Below are positions 1-12,164 of a stretch of 64,000 bases of DNA, piece by piece (position 1 is the stretch's first letter; the number at the start of each line of letters is the position of its first letter). The notes beneath the pieces were generated by a model. The model had not been told where the DNA came from, did not search any database, and saw only the letters and a list, made by a program, of their open reading frames with translations. The position numbers and the translations under genes were made by a program. Source of the stretch: Acidimicrobiia bacterium (GTDB taxonomy: Bacteria; Actinomycetota; Acidimicrobiia; Spongiisociales; ZC4RG35); contig JBBDHV010000040.1 of assembly GCA_040880725.1 (NCBI GenBank), positions 21,843 to 85,842 of the forward strand, given 5' to 3'.

Positions 1-1192
1 TTGCCAGGGCGTCGACCATCCGGTCGATCTGGGTGTCGGTGATGACGAGTGGTGGGCACATCGCCAGGGCGTTGCCGAGTGGACGGACGATTACCCCTTC
101 GGCGAGCACCCCATCGCGGTCCTTCATGGCGTCGCGCCCTTCGGGCAACTGAATCGCCCACACCGCTCCGGACCCTCGCACCTCGGTCACCAGACCGTCC
201 CCCTGCAGGGCACGCAGCCCGTCACCGAGGCGGCGTTCGATTCCCGGAACGCGCTCGAGGAGGCCTTCGTCCCGCTGGATGGCGATCGCAGCGTTGCCTG
301 CCGCGGCCGCCAGAGGATGACCCGAGTACGTATAGCCGTGCTTGAGGGCGAAGCCCTCGTTGGCCATGAGGGCGTCGGCAACGGCCGGACCAACGACGAC
401 ACCTCCGAGCGGGACGTAACCGGACGATGCCGCCTTGGCGAAGGTGATCAGATCCGGCTGCACGCCGTAGTGCTCAGCAGCAAACCACGTACCCAACCGC
501 CCGAACCCGGTGATCACCTCGTCGAAGATGAGAAAGGCATCGTGTTCGTCACAGAGTGCCCGCAGTCCTTCCAGATACCCCTCGGGGGGAGGGAACACCC
601 CGCCCGCACCCTGCAGCGGCTCGGAGAGCACTGCGGCGATCGAGTCGCCCTGCTCGGCGAAGAGCCGCGCCATGGGTTCGATGTCGGGTCCTGCCACGTT
701 GACGACGTTGCCGACCAACTCGCCGAAACCTTCCCGGTTCACGGGAATTCCCTGCGCGGATGTCCCGCCGTAGTTGGTGCCGTGGTAACCGTGCTCGCGG
801 CTGACGATCATCGTCTTGTGCGGCCGCCCGGCCTCGCGCTGGGCGATGCGGGCGATCTTCATCGCGCTGTCCACCGCCTCCGAACCCGAGGACCCGAGGA
901 ACACTCTGCCGGTGTCGAACGGCGACAGATCGAGGATCGTGTCGGCGAGCTGCTCTGCGGGAGGATTCGAGAACGGCGCGAACGTGTGATAGCTGGCGAG
1001 AGCCTTGGCCTGGGTCGTGATCGCTTCGACCATCTTCGGGTGGCCGTGCCCCACGTTCATGTACCACAGCGACGCCATCCCATCGATGTAACGGTTGCCA
1101 TCGGAATCCCAGATCTCGGCGCCCTCGCCACCGACGATGGAAACGAACTCGGACATGCGGGGAGGACTGAAAGGGTGAAGAAACGAACTCAT
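1..1192 (-). CDS. Class-III PLP-dependent aminotransferase (C-terminal end runs off window start)
   Basis: Own minus-strand translation from ATG at 1192: MSSFLHPFSPPRMSEFVSIVGGEGAEIWDSDGNRYIDGMASLWYMNVGHGHPK ... MCPPLVITDTQIDRMVDALA. Absent from the ORF track because there is no stop inside the window. The 317..1234 plus ORF is its antisense shadow. Confidence 0.85.
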   Translation of the reverse strand, partial: MSSFLHPFSPPRMSEFVSIVGGEGAEIWDSDGNRYIDGMASLWYMNVGHGHPKMVEAITTQAKALASYHTFAPFSNPPAEQLADTILDLSPFDTGRVFLGSSGSEAVDSAMKIARIAQREAGRPHKTMIVSREHGYHGTNYGGTSAQGIPVNREGFGELVGNVVNVAGPDIEPMARLFAEQGDSIAAVLSEPLQGAGGVFPPPEGYLEGLRALCDEHDAFLIFDEVITGFGRLGTWFAAEHYGVQPDLITFAKAASSGYVPLGGVVVGPAVADALMANEGFALKHGYTYSGHPLAAAAGNAAIAIQRDEGLLERVPGIERRLGDGLRALQGDGLVTEVRGSGAVWAIQLPEGRDAMKDRDGVLAEGVIVRPLGNALAMCPPLVITDTQIDRMVDALA

Positions 1193-1205
1193 AGTGGGAC
1201 TGAAA

Positions 1206-2021
1206 CTAGTCGACGGTCCGCCACCACACCGTGACCAGGCGTCGCACCGGCTCACCAACGGTCATCCGCCCGTCATGGATCTCGACATCGGGTTCGAGAA
1301 GTGAACGGACCTCGCCGGACCGCGACGGCGGCACGACGAGACGTCTCCGATACAACTCGACGATCTCCTCCCACGACTCGAACCACGTTCCGCCGGGGCG
1401 TTCCCATCGGTCGACGGTCGGCTCGACTCCGATCGCTTCGCGAACGACATCCACGAGGTCGTCGACGGTCGGACCGTCGGGGCGGTCGATGCCATGGAGG
1501 CTCCGGTAGTAGGGGCCGAGCGGCACCCAGGGATGGGCTTCGGTGAGCTCGAGGACGACACCCTGCCGGGCGTGTGCCGCCATCGCTCGCAGGAACGCCT
1601 CGATCGCCGGAACGTCATAGACGACGTGTGCTGCCATGACGACATCGAAGGAACCGAGGTCGACGGCAGTCGGCCACGCCTCCTCCACGACCACGTAACC
1701 CTCCAACCCCGCTGACTCCTCCCGCAGGGCGGCGGCCATTTCCGAGGACTTCTCGACCGCGGTGATCCGATGACCACCCCGTGACAATGGCAGCGAGGCT
1801 CGGCCCGCCCCCGCGCCGATGTCCAGCACCGATCCATCCGGTCCGGCGAGGCGCTCGACTGTCTCCGACGTGGGCGAAGGCGCGATCTCTTCAGCTGTGA
1901 TGTTGCGGCGTTTGAACAGCTCCACCGGCCAGCGGTACGGCGAGTCGGTGACGGCCGCGAGAAGTTCTTCGGGAATCGCCCACGACCCGAGCTCGGACCG
2001 CCATCGGTCTGCTGCCGTCAC
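1206..2021 (-). CDS. Class I SAM-dependent methyltransferase
   Basis: 271-aa ORF with motif I VLDIGAGAGR. 4-nt overlap (2018-2021) with the upstream PIG-L gene. Confidence 0.8.
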   Translation of the reverse strand: MTAADRWRSELGSWAIPEELLAAVTDSPYRWPVELFKRRNITAEEIAPSPTSETVERLAGPDGSVLDIGAGAGRASLPLSRGGHRITAVEKSSEMAAALREESAGLEGYVVVEEAWPTAVDLGSFDVVMAAHVVYDVPAIEAFLRAMAAHARQGVVLELTEAHPWVPLGPYYRSLHGIDRPDGPTVDDLVDVVREAIGVEPTVDRWERPGGTWFESWEEIVELYRRRLVVPPSRSGEVRSLLEPDVEIHDGRMTVGEPVRRLVTVWWRTVD

Positions 2022-2863
2022 CGCAGACCGGCGAAGAGGTCGTCTTCCTGTGCAGGCGCGTCGACCCGGGAGAACACCCGCACAAACGATTCGCGTCCGA
2101 ATGCCTCGACCTTCTTGTCGTCGGGAACTCGCAACCAGGGCCAGTCCAGAGGAATCTGGGAACGATGCGCCCGCAATGCTTTCTCCTTGACATCGACCTT
2201 GTCTGCGACGTCGACCCAGCAGGTGATGTACTCGTCGGGAGTCCCCCGATCCTCAGATGCGGCGAGTTCCTCGGCGGTGATCTCGCCCTCGTCGAAACGC
2301 GCCTGCATCATGCGCCTGACCCGACTCCGTGGCCACGTCGTCCAATACAACTTGCGGGGTTCCCAGAGTTCCTCATCCTCCTCGAGCGGAAACCGCCCCA
2401 AGTCGAGGCACCCGGTGTACGCCGCCAATCCGATGCGGTGGACGTTGATGTGGTCGGGATGTCCATAGCCTCCGAACGGGTCGTAGATCACCAACACGTC
2501 GGGCTTGTGACGCCGGATCTGCCTCACGAGGCGCCCGGTGGCGTCCATGAAATCTGCTTGCCAGAAGCAATCGGGGTGGCGGTTCGACTCTTCGCCCATC
2601 ATGCCCGAATCGCGGTATCCGAGAAACACGTGGTGCTCGACACCGAGCACATCGAGCGACGCACGGATCTCTTCGGCGCGCATCTCTGCGAGACGGACCT
2701 TGATCTCGTCAGGGTCGTCGTAGTTGTGCACCTCGCCCTCGGCGCCATCGGTGGCGGTCACGACGACCACATGCTCACCGGCGTCAACCGCCTTGCTGAG
2801 CACGCCGCCGGTCTGGATCACTTCGTCATCTGGGTGCGCGTGGAACGCCATGAGGCCTGACAT
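2018..2863 (-). CDS. PIG-L/LmbE family deacetylase (Mca/MshB-like)
   Basis: N-terminal AHPDDE and internal HPDH zinc-site motifs, 281 aa. An alternative start at MAFHAHPDDE (2851) is possible. Confidence 0.85.
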   Translation of the reverse strand: MSGLMAFHAHPDDEVIQTGGVLSKAVDAGEHVVVVTATDGAEGEVHNYDDPDEIKVRLAEMRAEEIRASLDVLGVEHHVFLGYRDSGMMGEESNRHPDCFWQADFMDATGRLVRQIRRHKPDVLVIYDPFGGYGHPDHINVHRIGLAAYTGCLDLGRFPLEEDEELWEPRKLYWTTWPRSRVRRMMQARFDEGEITAEELAASEDRGTPDEYITCWVDVADKVDVKEKALRAHRSQIPLDWPWLRVPDDKKVEAFGRESFVRVFSRVDAPAQEDDLFAGLR

Positions 2864-3062
2864 GTCGCGGACGATAGTGCTGACAGGGCGACTGGCGACC
2901 GCAGGTCAGTAGTCGAACCCGTCCTCCCGACCGCCAATAGGCGCCGTCGGCTCGGGTCATCAGTTCCTCGTCGACGAGATACCGCCGGAGCGCGGCGTGA
3001 TCGGGATGGACCACCTGCAGCCGTCGGTTGACTTCTCGCTCGTCGTATGTCTTGGGGGACAC
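2826..3062 (-). CDS. Small DUF2087-like protein (tentative)
   Basis: GTG-start 78-aa ORF. The core HPDHAALRRYLVDEELMTRADGAYWRSGG resembles my memory of DUF2087 C-termini. Moderate GC3 bias. The tail overlaps the PIG-L start. Confidence 0.35.
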   Translation of the reverse strand: MSPKTYDEREVNRRLQVVHPDHAALRRYLVDEELMTRADGAYWRSGGRVRLLTCGRQSPCQHYRPRHVRPHGVPRAPR

Positions 3063-3096
3063 CGCCCCGACTCACATCGGTAGGCTCCTTCACCGC

Positions 3097-3534
3097 ATGC
3101 CGAGCGAAACATTCCAGGCGACCGCCACCACATCCGCGGATCCGGCGAAGGTTTGGGAGGGAATGCAACGACCCGAGGTGTGGGAAGGGATTGCCGGCGT
3201 CGAGCGAGTCTCCGACCCGGAGTTCCATCCCGACGGGTCACTCGTTCGGTTTCGGTTCGCAGCGACCGCCGCCGGCAGGTCGTATCCCGGCATGGCAGAG
3301 GTCACTGAGTCCACCCCCGGACAGTCGATGTCGCTGCAGCTCAACACCAGCGAACTCGCGGCCACGATCGCACTCGCAATCCAGCGCGAAACCTCGGGAA
3401 CACGGCTCACCATCGATGTGGAGATCCGGTCCCTCACATTCATGGCAAGCCTGTTCTTCGCCGTCGTCGCAGATGTGCTCGGACGCGGGCTTCCCGCGGC
3501 CGCCGAGGACTTCGCCCAACGCATCGGCCGGTGA
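3097..3534 (+). CDS. SRPBCC (polyketide cyclase/CoxG-like) family protein
   Basis: MPSETFQATATTSADPAKVWEGMQRPEVWEGIAGVERV... typical SRPBCC N-terminus. The track ORF begins at 3028, but the ATG at 3097 avoids overlap with the divergent gene. Confidence 0.6.
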   Translation: MPSETFQATATTSADPAKVWEGMQRPEVWEGIAGVERVSDPEFHPDGSLVRFRFAATAAGRSYPGMAEVTESTPGQSMSLQLNTSELAATIALAIQRETSGTRLTIDVEIRSLTFMASLFFAVVADVLGRGLPAAAEDFAQRIGR

Positions 3535-3573
3535 GGCAAGATCACGGCTCGAGCACCTGACTAGTCATAGGAG

Positions 3574-4641
3574 GTGCAAACGAACTGGTCCTCTCAGGAT
3601 TTCGGGAATCGTGCCGATAGAAGACTCATGGCCCATTCAGAAACAGCTTCTCAGCCGACATTGGCGATTGGCCGAGTCCGCAGATGGATTGTGGTGCTGA
3701 CAGCAGTCGTGATGGCACTGATCGCGGAGATGGTCGCCACCCGGTTCGGACGGCGGCCGGTGGACGCGCTGCGCCTCCTCACCGTCTTCCTCCTGGCAGC
3801 GGGCGCCGCCTGGGCACACGCGACGACGATGAGTCAGTTGCTCGATCGGACCGCCGTCGAACTCAGAGGCTTCTTCGAAGCGAACCTGGCCCGGTCCAAG
3901 GACACGTTCATCTCCAACGTGTCACATGGGTTGCGTACCCCGCTCACCGGAGTAGTCGGCTTCGCACACCTGCTGGGCGACTCCCCCGTGGGGACTCAGC
4001 AGCGAGAAGCAGCAAACATGATCGTCAGTGAGTCCGCCGAACTCAGCCGAATGGTCGACGACCTGGTGGTCGCCGCTCAACTGGACGCCGGAGCCATCAC
4101 CGTGGACCTCAAGCCCACATCGATGCTGAGCCAGGTCGACAAGGTCTGCGAGTTCATGTCGCTGATGGGCGCAGAAATCGGAATCGACCTCCAAGAAGTG
4201 GACCTGCTCGTCGACCCGGAACGATTCACCCACATTCTCCGGAACCTCGTCGCCAACGCCCACCGCCACGGCAAACCGACGATCACCGTCCGAGGCGCAG
4301 TCGCCCATGGTCGCTATGTGATCCATGTGGTGGACCAAGGTCCGGGCGTGTCCGCCAAGGACCAAAAGGACATGTTCGGCCGGTTCTCATCCTCGACGTT
4401 CGGAAGCCAGTTCACCGGGTCGATCGGCCTCGGACTGGCCGTCGTTGCCGAGCTCAGCGCCCGCATCGGCTGCCAGGTTTCGTACCGGCGGATCCGGGGT
4501 GAGACCCAGTTCGTGCTCTCCGTGCCACTCGCTGATGCGGGATCCGCCACCGCCCCACAGCGAATCGTCCGCACACCGTCATCGATCCGCCAGCCACACG
4601 CCGGCGAAGCGGTCGACCATTCCGTGAGGAGCGTCTCGTGA
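3574..4641 (+). CDS. Membrane sensor histidine kinase (two TM helices, then HisKA + HATPase_c, no sensor domain)
   Basis: H-box FISNVSHGLRTPLTG, N-box LRNLVANAHRHG, G1 VVDQGPGV, G2 GSIGLGLAVV. Start uncertain (GTG 3574 or ATG 3628). Confidence 0.85.
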   Translation: MQTNWSSQDFGNRADRRLMAHSETASQPTLAIGRVRRWIVVLTAVVMALIAEMVATRFGRRPVDALRLLTVFLLAAGAAWAHATTMSQLLDRTAVELRGFFEANLARSKDTFISNVSHGLRTPLTGVVGFAHLLGDSPVGTQQREAANMIVSESAELSRMVDDLVVAAQLDAGAITVDLKPTSMLSQVDKVCEFMSLMGAEIGIDLQEVDLLVDPERFTHILRNLVANAHRHGKPTITVRGAVAHGRYVIHVVDQGPGVSAKDQKDMFGRFSSSTFGSQFTGSIGLGLAVVAELSARIGCQVSYRRIRGETQFVLSVPLADAGSATAPQRIVRTPSSIRQPHAGEAVDHSVRSVS

Positions 4642-4844
4642 TATTCCACCGCCGAAATCCCGACTGCGACAACCACGACTGGGCGACCACCGTCCATTCC
4701 GGCCTCCGCCGCGACCTCTGCACCAACTGCGGAAAGATCCGCATGGCATCCGTCGAGGTGGTCACGACGAAACTCCCGATCTTCGCCGAGTCCCATGCGG
4801 GACAGACCCTCGCCCCGTTCGGGATCGAAGTGTCCGACGGCTGA
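4638..4844 (+). CDS. 68-aa Cys/His mini-protein (putative zinc ribbon), translationally coupled to the kinase
   Basis: The GTG start overlaps the kinase TGA (GTGA at 4638-4641). About 85 percent G/C at third codon positions by hand count. C10-x2-H13 ... C28-x2-C31. Confidence 0.5.
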   Translation: MIFHRRNPDCDNHDWATTVHSGLRRDLCTNCGKIRMASVEVVTTKLPIFAESHAGQTLAPFGIEVSDG

Positions 4845-5008
4845 CGGGACCGGAGCCCGGTTCGTCCAGCGGATCTGCGCGCAGACGGTGTAGTCCCACA
4901 CGCACCATGCGGTGTGCGGCGGGCACGGGGGCGATTCGTGCAACGAGTCCGCGACACCTGCTGTAGGCCCAACCCGGTCGAACCCTGGGCTGTCGGGGAC
5001 CCTCAGGG

Positions 5009-5049
5009 GCCCTGGGAACCCAGGGTTCGCGGGGCACCTGGGGTGCCCC
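5009..5049. terminator. GC-rich hairpin pair between convergent genes (putative bidirectional, U-tract-less terminator)
   Basis: CCCTGGG-aa-CCCAGGG (5010-5025) and GGGGCACC-tgg-GGTGCCCC (5031-5049), 26 nt beyond the atpC stop. No T-tract. Confidence 0.35.
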
Positions 5050-5074
5050 GGGAGCCCAGGGTACGGGGGCGGGG

Positions 5075-5391
5075 TCAGTCCTCGGGGATCTGCAGGGTCT
5101 GGGCGAGTTCGGCGGCCTCTTCCTTCGTGCCGGTCGAGACCTGGGCACGATCAGTCAACAGAGTGACCTGATTGCCGAGAACCTGAAGGAAGCCTCCATG
5201 GACGCCGATCGTGGTCTTCGACGAACCGTGCTCGACGGTCACCGCCCCCGTGGTCAACGCCGCCAACAGAGGTTCGTGATCGGCCAGGATGCCGATCTCG
5301 CCTTCGGTGGTGCGTGCCACGACGAAGTCGGCTTCCCCGGACCACACGGTGGCCTCCGGGGAGACGACGTCGAGCTGGAAGGACTTGGCCA

Positions 5392-5392
<1 letters not shown>
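5075..5392 (-). CDS. atpC: F1 ATP synthase subunit epsilon
   Basis: 105 aa, MAKSFQLDVVSPEATVWSGEADFVVARTTEGEIGILADHEPLL. Its ATG overlaps the atpD TGA by 1 nt. Confidence 0.95.
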
Positions 5393-6834
<1,442 letters not shown>

Positions 6835-6849
6835 TCAGAACGGTCAGAC

Positions 6850-7731
6850 TCACCCTTTGAGGGCTTCCGCACCGCCCACGATCTCTGTGATAGCGGTTGT
6901 GATCTCCGCCTGACGGGCCCGGTTGGCTTGGACGGTCAGGATCCGGATCAATTCTTCTGCGTTGTCGGTTGCTGCCTTCATGGCCCGTCGCCGCGCGGAA
7001 TGCTCCGACGCCGAGGCTTCGAGCAACATGTTGAAGACCGTCGCTTCCACATAACGAGGAAGGAGTCGGTCCAAGATCACTGCGGGCGAAGGCTCGTAGG
7101 AGTAGTCCGCTTTGGGACCGCCGCCAGACCCGCCCTCGGTCGTCGGAGGCGTGATAGGCAGCAACTCGGCGGCCGTCGGTACCTGCGTGAAAGCAGACTG
7201 GAACTTCGTGTAGAACGTCTCCACGGCGTCGATCTCAGCCGAGCCGTAGGCATCCATGATGGCGTTGGCGATGGCCCTGGCATCGCCGTAGCCAGGGCTG
7301 TCGGTGACTCCCAGGTACGTCCCGCGTAGGGTCCATCCGTGGTACCGGAAGTAGCTCTGGGCCTTCTTGCCCACCACGAACAACAGCACTTCCACGCCGT
7401 TACGGCGATGTTCGCGCATGCGACGCTCGGCGAGCCGGATCACGTTCGTGGCGTACGCGCCTGCCAACCCGCGATCGCTGGAAACGACGACCATCCCCAC
7501 CCGGGCAAGCTCCCGGCGCTCCAGGAGCGGATGCGACGAGGAACCGGCTGCGCCACCGACGTTCTCGATGACCTCCACCAGCTTGGCCGTGTACGGCTTC
7601 GAGGCGTTCACCCGGGCTTGGGCCCTGGGGATGCGCGACGCAGCGATCAACTCCATCGCGCGAGTGATCTTCTTCGTCGCCTCGATGCTGCGAATGCGGC
7701 GTCGGGTGTCGCGAAGGCCGGCTCCTGCCAC
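6850..7731 (-). CDS. atpG: F1 ATP synthase subunit gamma
   Basis: 293 aa. LRDTRRRIRSIEATKKITRAMELIAASR at the N-terminus, ITTAITEIVGGAEAL at the C-terminus. Confidence 0.97.
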   Translation of the reverse strand: MAGAGLRDTRRRIRSIEATKKITRAMELIAASRIPRAQARVNASKPYTAKLVEVIENVGGAAGSSSHPLLERRELARVGMVVVSSDRGLAGAYATNVIRLAERRMREHRRNGVEVLLFVVGKKAQSYFRYHGWTLRGTYLGVTDSPGYGDARAIANAIMDAYGSAEIDAVETFYTKFQSAFTQVPTAAELLPITPPTTEGGSGGGPKADYSYEPSPAVILDRLLPRYVEATVFNMLLEASASEHSARRRAMKAATDNAEELIRILTVQANRARQAEITTAITEIVGGAEALKG

Positions 7732-7737
7732 GAGTCG

Positions 7738-9282
7738 CTACTCCTCCGCCACAGCGGTGCGTTCGAACGTCGCCTTGAACTCGGTGATGGCCGCAATGAA
7801 GTCTTCGGGCTTCTCCATGATCCCCGAGTCCTTGACACCCTCGAGCAGATGGTTGTAGCGAGTCCTGAAGAACTCACGCAGACCCGTTTCGAACCGGCGA
7901 ATGTCACCCACGGCAATCTCATCGGTATGGCCGTCGGTGACGGCGAAGATGGCCAGAACCTGTTCTTCGACGGCAATCGGATCGAACTGCGGCTGCTTGA
8001 GGATCTCCACCACCCGGCGTCCACGCTCGAGCTGAGCGAGAGAAGCTGCATCGAGTTCGGAGCCGAACTCCGCGAAGGCGGCGAGTTCCCGAAACTGGGC
8101 CAGGTTCAGACGGAGCGGACCGGCGATCTTGCTCATCGCCTTGATCTGGGCACTTCCTCCCACTCGGGAAACCGAGGTTCCGGCGTTCACCGCAGGTCGG
8201 ATGCCCTGGTAGAAGAGGTCGGTTTCGAGAAAGACCTGACCGTCGGTGATCGAGATCACGTTGGTCGGGATGTAGGCCGAGATGTCGTTCGCCTTGGTTT
8301 CGATGACGGGCAGACCGGTCATCGAACCGGCGCCGAGTTCATTCGACAGCTTGGCGCACCGCTCGAGCAGACGGCTGTGCAAGTAGAACACGTCACCGGG
8401 GTAGGCCTCGCGGCCGGGCGGCCGGCGCAGCAGCAGCGAGATCTCGCGGTATGCCACGGCCTGCTTGGACAGGTCGTCGAAGACGACGAGGGCATGCTCG
8501 CCGTTGTACATCCAATACTGCCCGATGGCAGAGCCGGCGTACGGGGCGTACATCTGCAGCGCGGGAGCGTCGGAGGCCGCCGCGTTCACGACCACGGTGT
8601 ACTCGAGAGCCCCATGCTCACGAAGAGTGTCGACCACCTCCGCGACCGTCGACGCTTTCTGGCCGATGGCCACGTACACGCACTTGACGGCCTGCTTGGT
8701 GCCCCAATTGCGCTTCTGGTTGATGATCGTGTCGACCAGCAGCGCCGTCTTTCCGGTCTGGCGGTCGCCGATGATCAGCTGGCGCTGGCCACGGCCGATG
8801 GGCGTGAGCGCGTCGATCGCCTTGATGCCGGTCTGGAGCGGCTCCTTCACGGGCTGGCGTTCGACGACAGACGGCGCCTGGGTCTCGAGGAGACGGCGTT
8901 CGGTGGTCTCGATCGGTCCCCCGCCATCGATCGGGTTGCCCAGGGCATCCACGACGCGACCGAGGAGCGCGTCTCCGACGGGGACGGAGAGCACGGTGCC
9001 GGTCTGCTTGACCGGATCGCCTTCCTGGATGGAGCTCGCCTCACCCATGAGGACGACGCCGAGGTCGTGTTCGTCGATGTTGAGAGCGACGCCGGAGAGC
9101 CCGCCGGGGAACTCGAGGAGTTCCGAGGCCATCACGTTCGGAAGTCCTTCCACCCTGGCGACACCGTCCGCGATCGAGGTGACGTAGCCGACCGTCTCTT
9201 CGGTGGTCTCCGGGGACCAGTCGGCGAGGTTCTTCTTCAGCGCGTCTGTGATGGATTGCGCACTGATCGTGAGTTCTGACAT
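7738..9282 (-). CDS. atpA: F1 ATP synthase subunit alpha
   Basis: 514 aa, Walker [10 protein letters not shown]. Confidence 0.98.
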   Translation of the reverse strand: MSELTISAQSITDALKKNLADWSPETTEETVGYVTSIADGVARVEGLPNVMASELLEFPGGLSGVALNIDEHDLGVVLMGEASSIQEGDPVKQTGTVLSVPVGDALLGRVVDALGNPIDGGGPIETTERRLLETQAPSVVERQPVKEPLQTGIKAIDALTPIGRGQRQLIIGDRQTGKTALLVDTIINQKRNWGTKQAVKCVYVAIGQKASTVAEVVDTLREHGALEYTVVVNAAASDAPALQMYAPYAGSAIGQYWMYNGEHALVVFDDLSKQAVAYREISLLLRRPPGREAYPGDVFYLHSRLLERCAKLSNELGAGSMTGLPVIETKANDISAYIPTNVISITDGQVFLETDLFYQGIRPAVNAGTSVSRVGGSAQIKAMSKIAGPLRLNLAQFRELAAFAEFGSELDAASLAQLERGRRVVEILKQPQFDPIAVEEQVLAIFAVTDGHTDEIAVGDIRRFETGLREFFRTRYNHLLEGVKDSGIMEKPEDFIAAITEFKATFERTAVAEE

Positions 9283-9291
9283 GGACCTTCC

Positions 9292-9825
9292 CTATCGAGT
9301 CTGGAGGGTTTCACGGAGCGAGCGGAGGCGACGTGCAACGGAGCCGTCGATCACGGTGTCGCCCACTCGGGTGACGATGCCGCCGAGTACCGACGGATCG
9401 ACAATCGCCTTCACCTCGACGGCCCGTCCGGTCTTGCGTTCGAGCGCCGCGGCGAGACGGGCGATCGTCGCCTCGTCGAGCTCGACGGCGCTGCGCACCT
9501 CGGCCACGGCTTTGCCCGCGGAGGCGGCACGTGCCTCGGTCAGTGCAGAGGCGATCTCCGGGAGGTCACCGCCCCGACCCTGCGCAACGAACATCGACAC
9601 GAGGTTCACGGTGACCCTGGACGCGTGGGCACCGACGACATCTCGCACGATTGATTCCTTGCGATCGGTCGGAAGGGCGGGGTTGGTCAGGGCGTCGCGG
9701 AGTTCCGGCGACGTCTCGACTGCCCTCGCCACTGCGAAGAGCTCCTGTTCGACGCGATCGAGTTCGCCCTCGGCGGATGCCAGGGCGTATGCGGCTGAAG
9801 CGTATCCGGCGATCCGCTCGCTCAC
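9292..9825 (-). CDS. atpH: F1 ATP synthase subunit delta (OSCP)
   Basis: 177 aa, GTG start abutting the atpF stop. C-terminal VDPSVLGGIVTRVGDTVIDGSV motif. Confidence 0.9.
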   Translation of the reverse strand: MSERIAGYASAAYALASAEGELDRVEQELFAVARAVETSPELRDALTNPALPTDRKESIVRDVVGAHASRVTVNLVSMFVAQGRGGDLPEIASALTEARAASAGKAVAEVRSAVELDEATIARLAAALERKTGRAVEVKAIVDPSVLGGIVTRVGDTVIDGSVARRLRSLRETLQTR

Positions 9826-10371
9826 CTACCGCTCCAGTTCTGCGATGTACCGCTCGACGAGTCCGAGCTGGGTCTGGCGATCGAGGCTGCTTCCAACCAC
9901 CTTCTCGGCGAGGTCGACGGTCAGGTTCGCCACTTCACGCTGGGCGTCTGCCATGACCCGTGCCTTCTCGGATGCTGCGTCGGCGCGAGCCTTGTCGAGG
10001 ATCTCGGCGGCCTGAGCCTCGGCTTTGGCGATGAGATCGGACTTCACGGTGTCTGCTTCGCCGCGTGCCGCGTCGAAGATTCGGGTTTTCTCGGCCTGAG
10101 CCTCGGCCAGTTGAGCCTCGTAGTCCGCCCGCAGCCTCTCTGCGTCGACCTTCGCCTTCTCGGCTTCTTCCATCTGGCCCCCGATCGCCTTCTGGCGATT
10201 CTCGAGGGACTCGTTGATCGCGGGCATTGCCCACAACCGGACGAAGAAGAACACGAGGGCGAAGGCGATGATGCCCGCGATCAGCTCCGGTGTTGCGGGC
10301 AGCAGGAGGTCGAGCCCCCCGTCTCCCGACTCCTCGGCTGCGAGGATCGTCGTCTGCGCCAGGTCGATCAT
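9826..10371 (-). CDS. atpF: Fo ATP synthase subunit b
   Basis: 181 aa. One N-terminal TM helix followed by a long charged coiled coil. Position in the operon. Confidence 0.9.
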   Translation of the reverse strand: MIDLAQTTILAAEESGDGGLDLLLPATPELIAGIIAFALVFFFVRLWAMPAINESLENRQKAIGGQMEEAEKAKVDAERLRADYEAQLAEAQAEKTRIFDAARGEADTVKSDLIAKAEAQAAEILDKARADAASEKARVMADAQREVANLTVDLAEKVVGSSLDRQTQLGLVERYIAELER

Positions 10372-10376
10372 CGTGA

Positions 10377-11490
<1,114 letters not shown>

Positions 11491-11503
<13 letters not shown>

Positions 11504-11916
11504 TCCACATCCCTTTCTCTCCCGCGGGCAACTGCCACAGATTCGAGGATCAGCAGCACCATATACGTGATGACCGTCGCGAGGCCAAACGCCAACCGGT
11601 CAACGGCGATCACGGCCGCCACGGCCAGCATCGAGCCCATGATCAGGCCGAGACGGAGGAAGAAACCGAACAGCGCAGCGGCGTGATAGGCCGCCAGCGA
11701 GATTCGAAGCGCCAGGCTGAGCATGACACCGGCAAGGAGGAAATTCCCCACGACGACGCCCACGCCGAGCGCAGCCGCCCATCCCCCGTCGAAGCCGCGC
11801 AACAGCCAGAACACCGCGACGACCAGCGGACCCACCCAGATCGCCCGCCGGGCCGTGTGACGGGCAATGACCGTCTCCACCGGGGTCGTGCCGAGCTTGG
11901 CGGGTTCACTCGTCAC
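11491..11916 (-). CDS. atpI: ATP synthase protein I-like membrane protein
   Basis: Four hydrophobic helices. GTG at 11916 overlaps the stop of the upstream small gene (GTGACGAGTGA). Lies immediately upstream of atpB. The longer track ORF (to 12132) is Arg/Ser-rich upstream and unlikely. Confidence 0.6.
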
Positions 11917-12160
11917 CGGGCGCCGCCTGCTGTTCCGGGGGGAGCATGCGCTTGGAGTAATGCCAGACACGCAGGAAACCCGAATAGGTGCCGACCACGA
12001 TGCCGCCCACCACGAACCAGGGGTCGGTGCCCAGCCAGGAGTCGACGAGGAGCCCGAGAAGCGTCCCCGAGAGGATCGACCCGAGAAAGCTGCCGCCCCC
12101 GATCCAGCCCTCGCTGAACGCGGAGGTGACATCTCGATGCGCGTTGTGCGGCTCGGGCAC
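11906..12160 (-). CDS. AtpZ/AtpI-family small membrane protein
   Basis: FSEGWIGGGSFLGSILSGTLLGLLVDSWLGTDPWFVVGGIVVGTYSGFLRVW, two TM helices. The ATG at 12220 would overlap glyA, so GTG 12160 (4 nt after the glyA stop) is preferred. Confidence 0.6.
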   Translation of the reverse strand: MPEPHNAHRDVTSAFSEGWIGGGSFLGSILSGTLLGLLVDSWLGTDPWFVVGGIVVGTYSGFLRVWHYSKRMLPPEQQAAPGDE

Positions 12161-12164
12161 GGAT

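Noticed and set aside
4762-5148. 128-aa Pro/Arg/Gly-rich ORF (collagen-like look), and the 209-aa ORF at 4314-4943
   Set aside because: They cover the palindromic terminator spacer, the antisense of the kinase and mini-protein genes, and part of atpC. They show no coding-type third-position bias.
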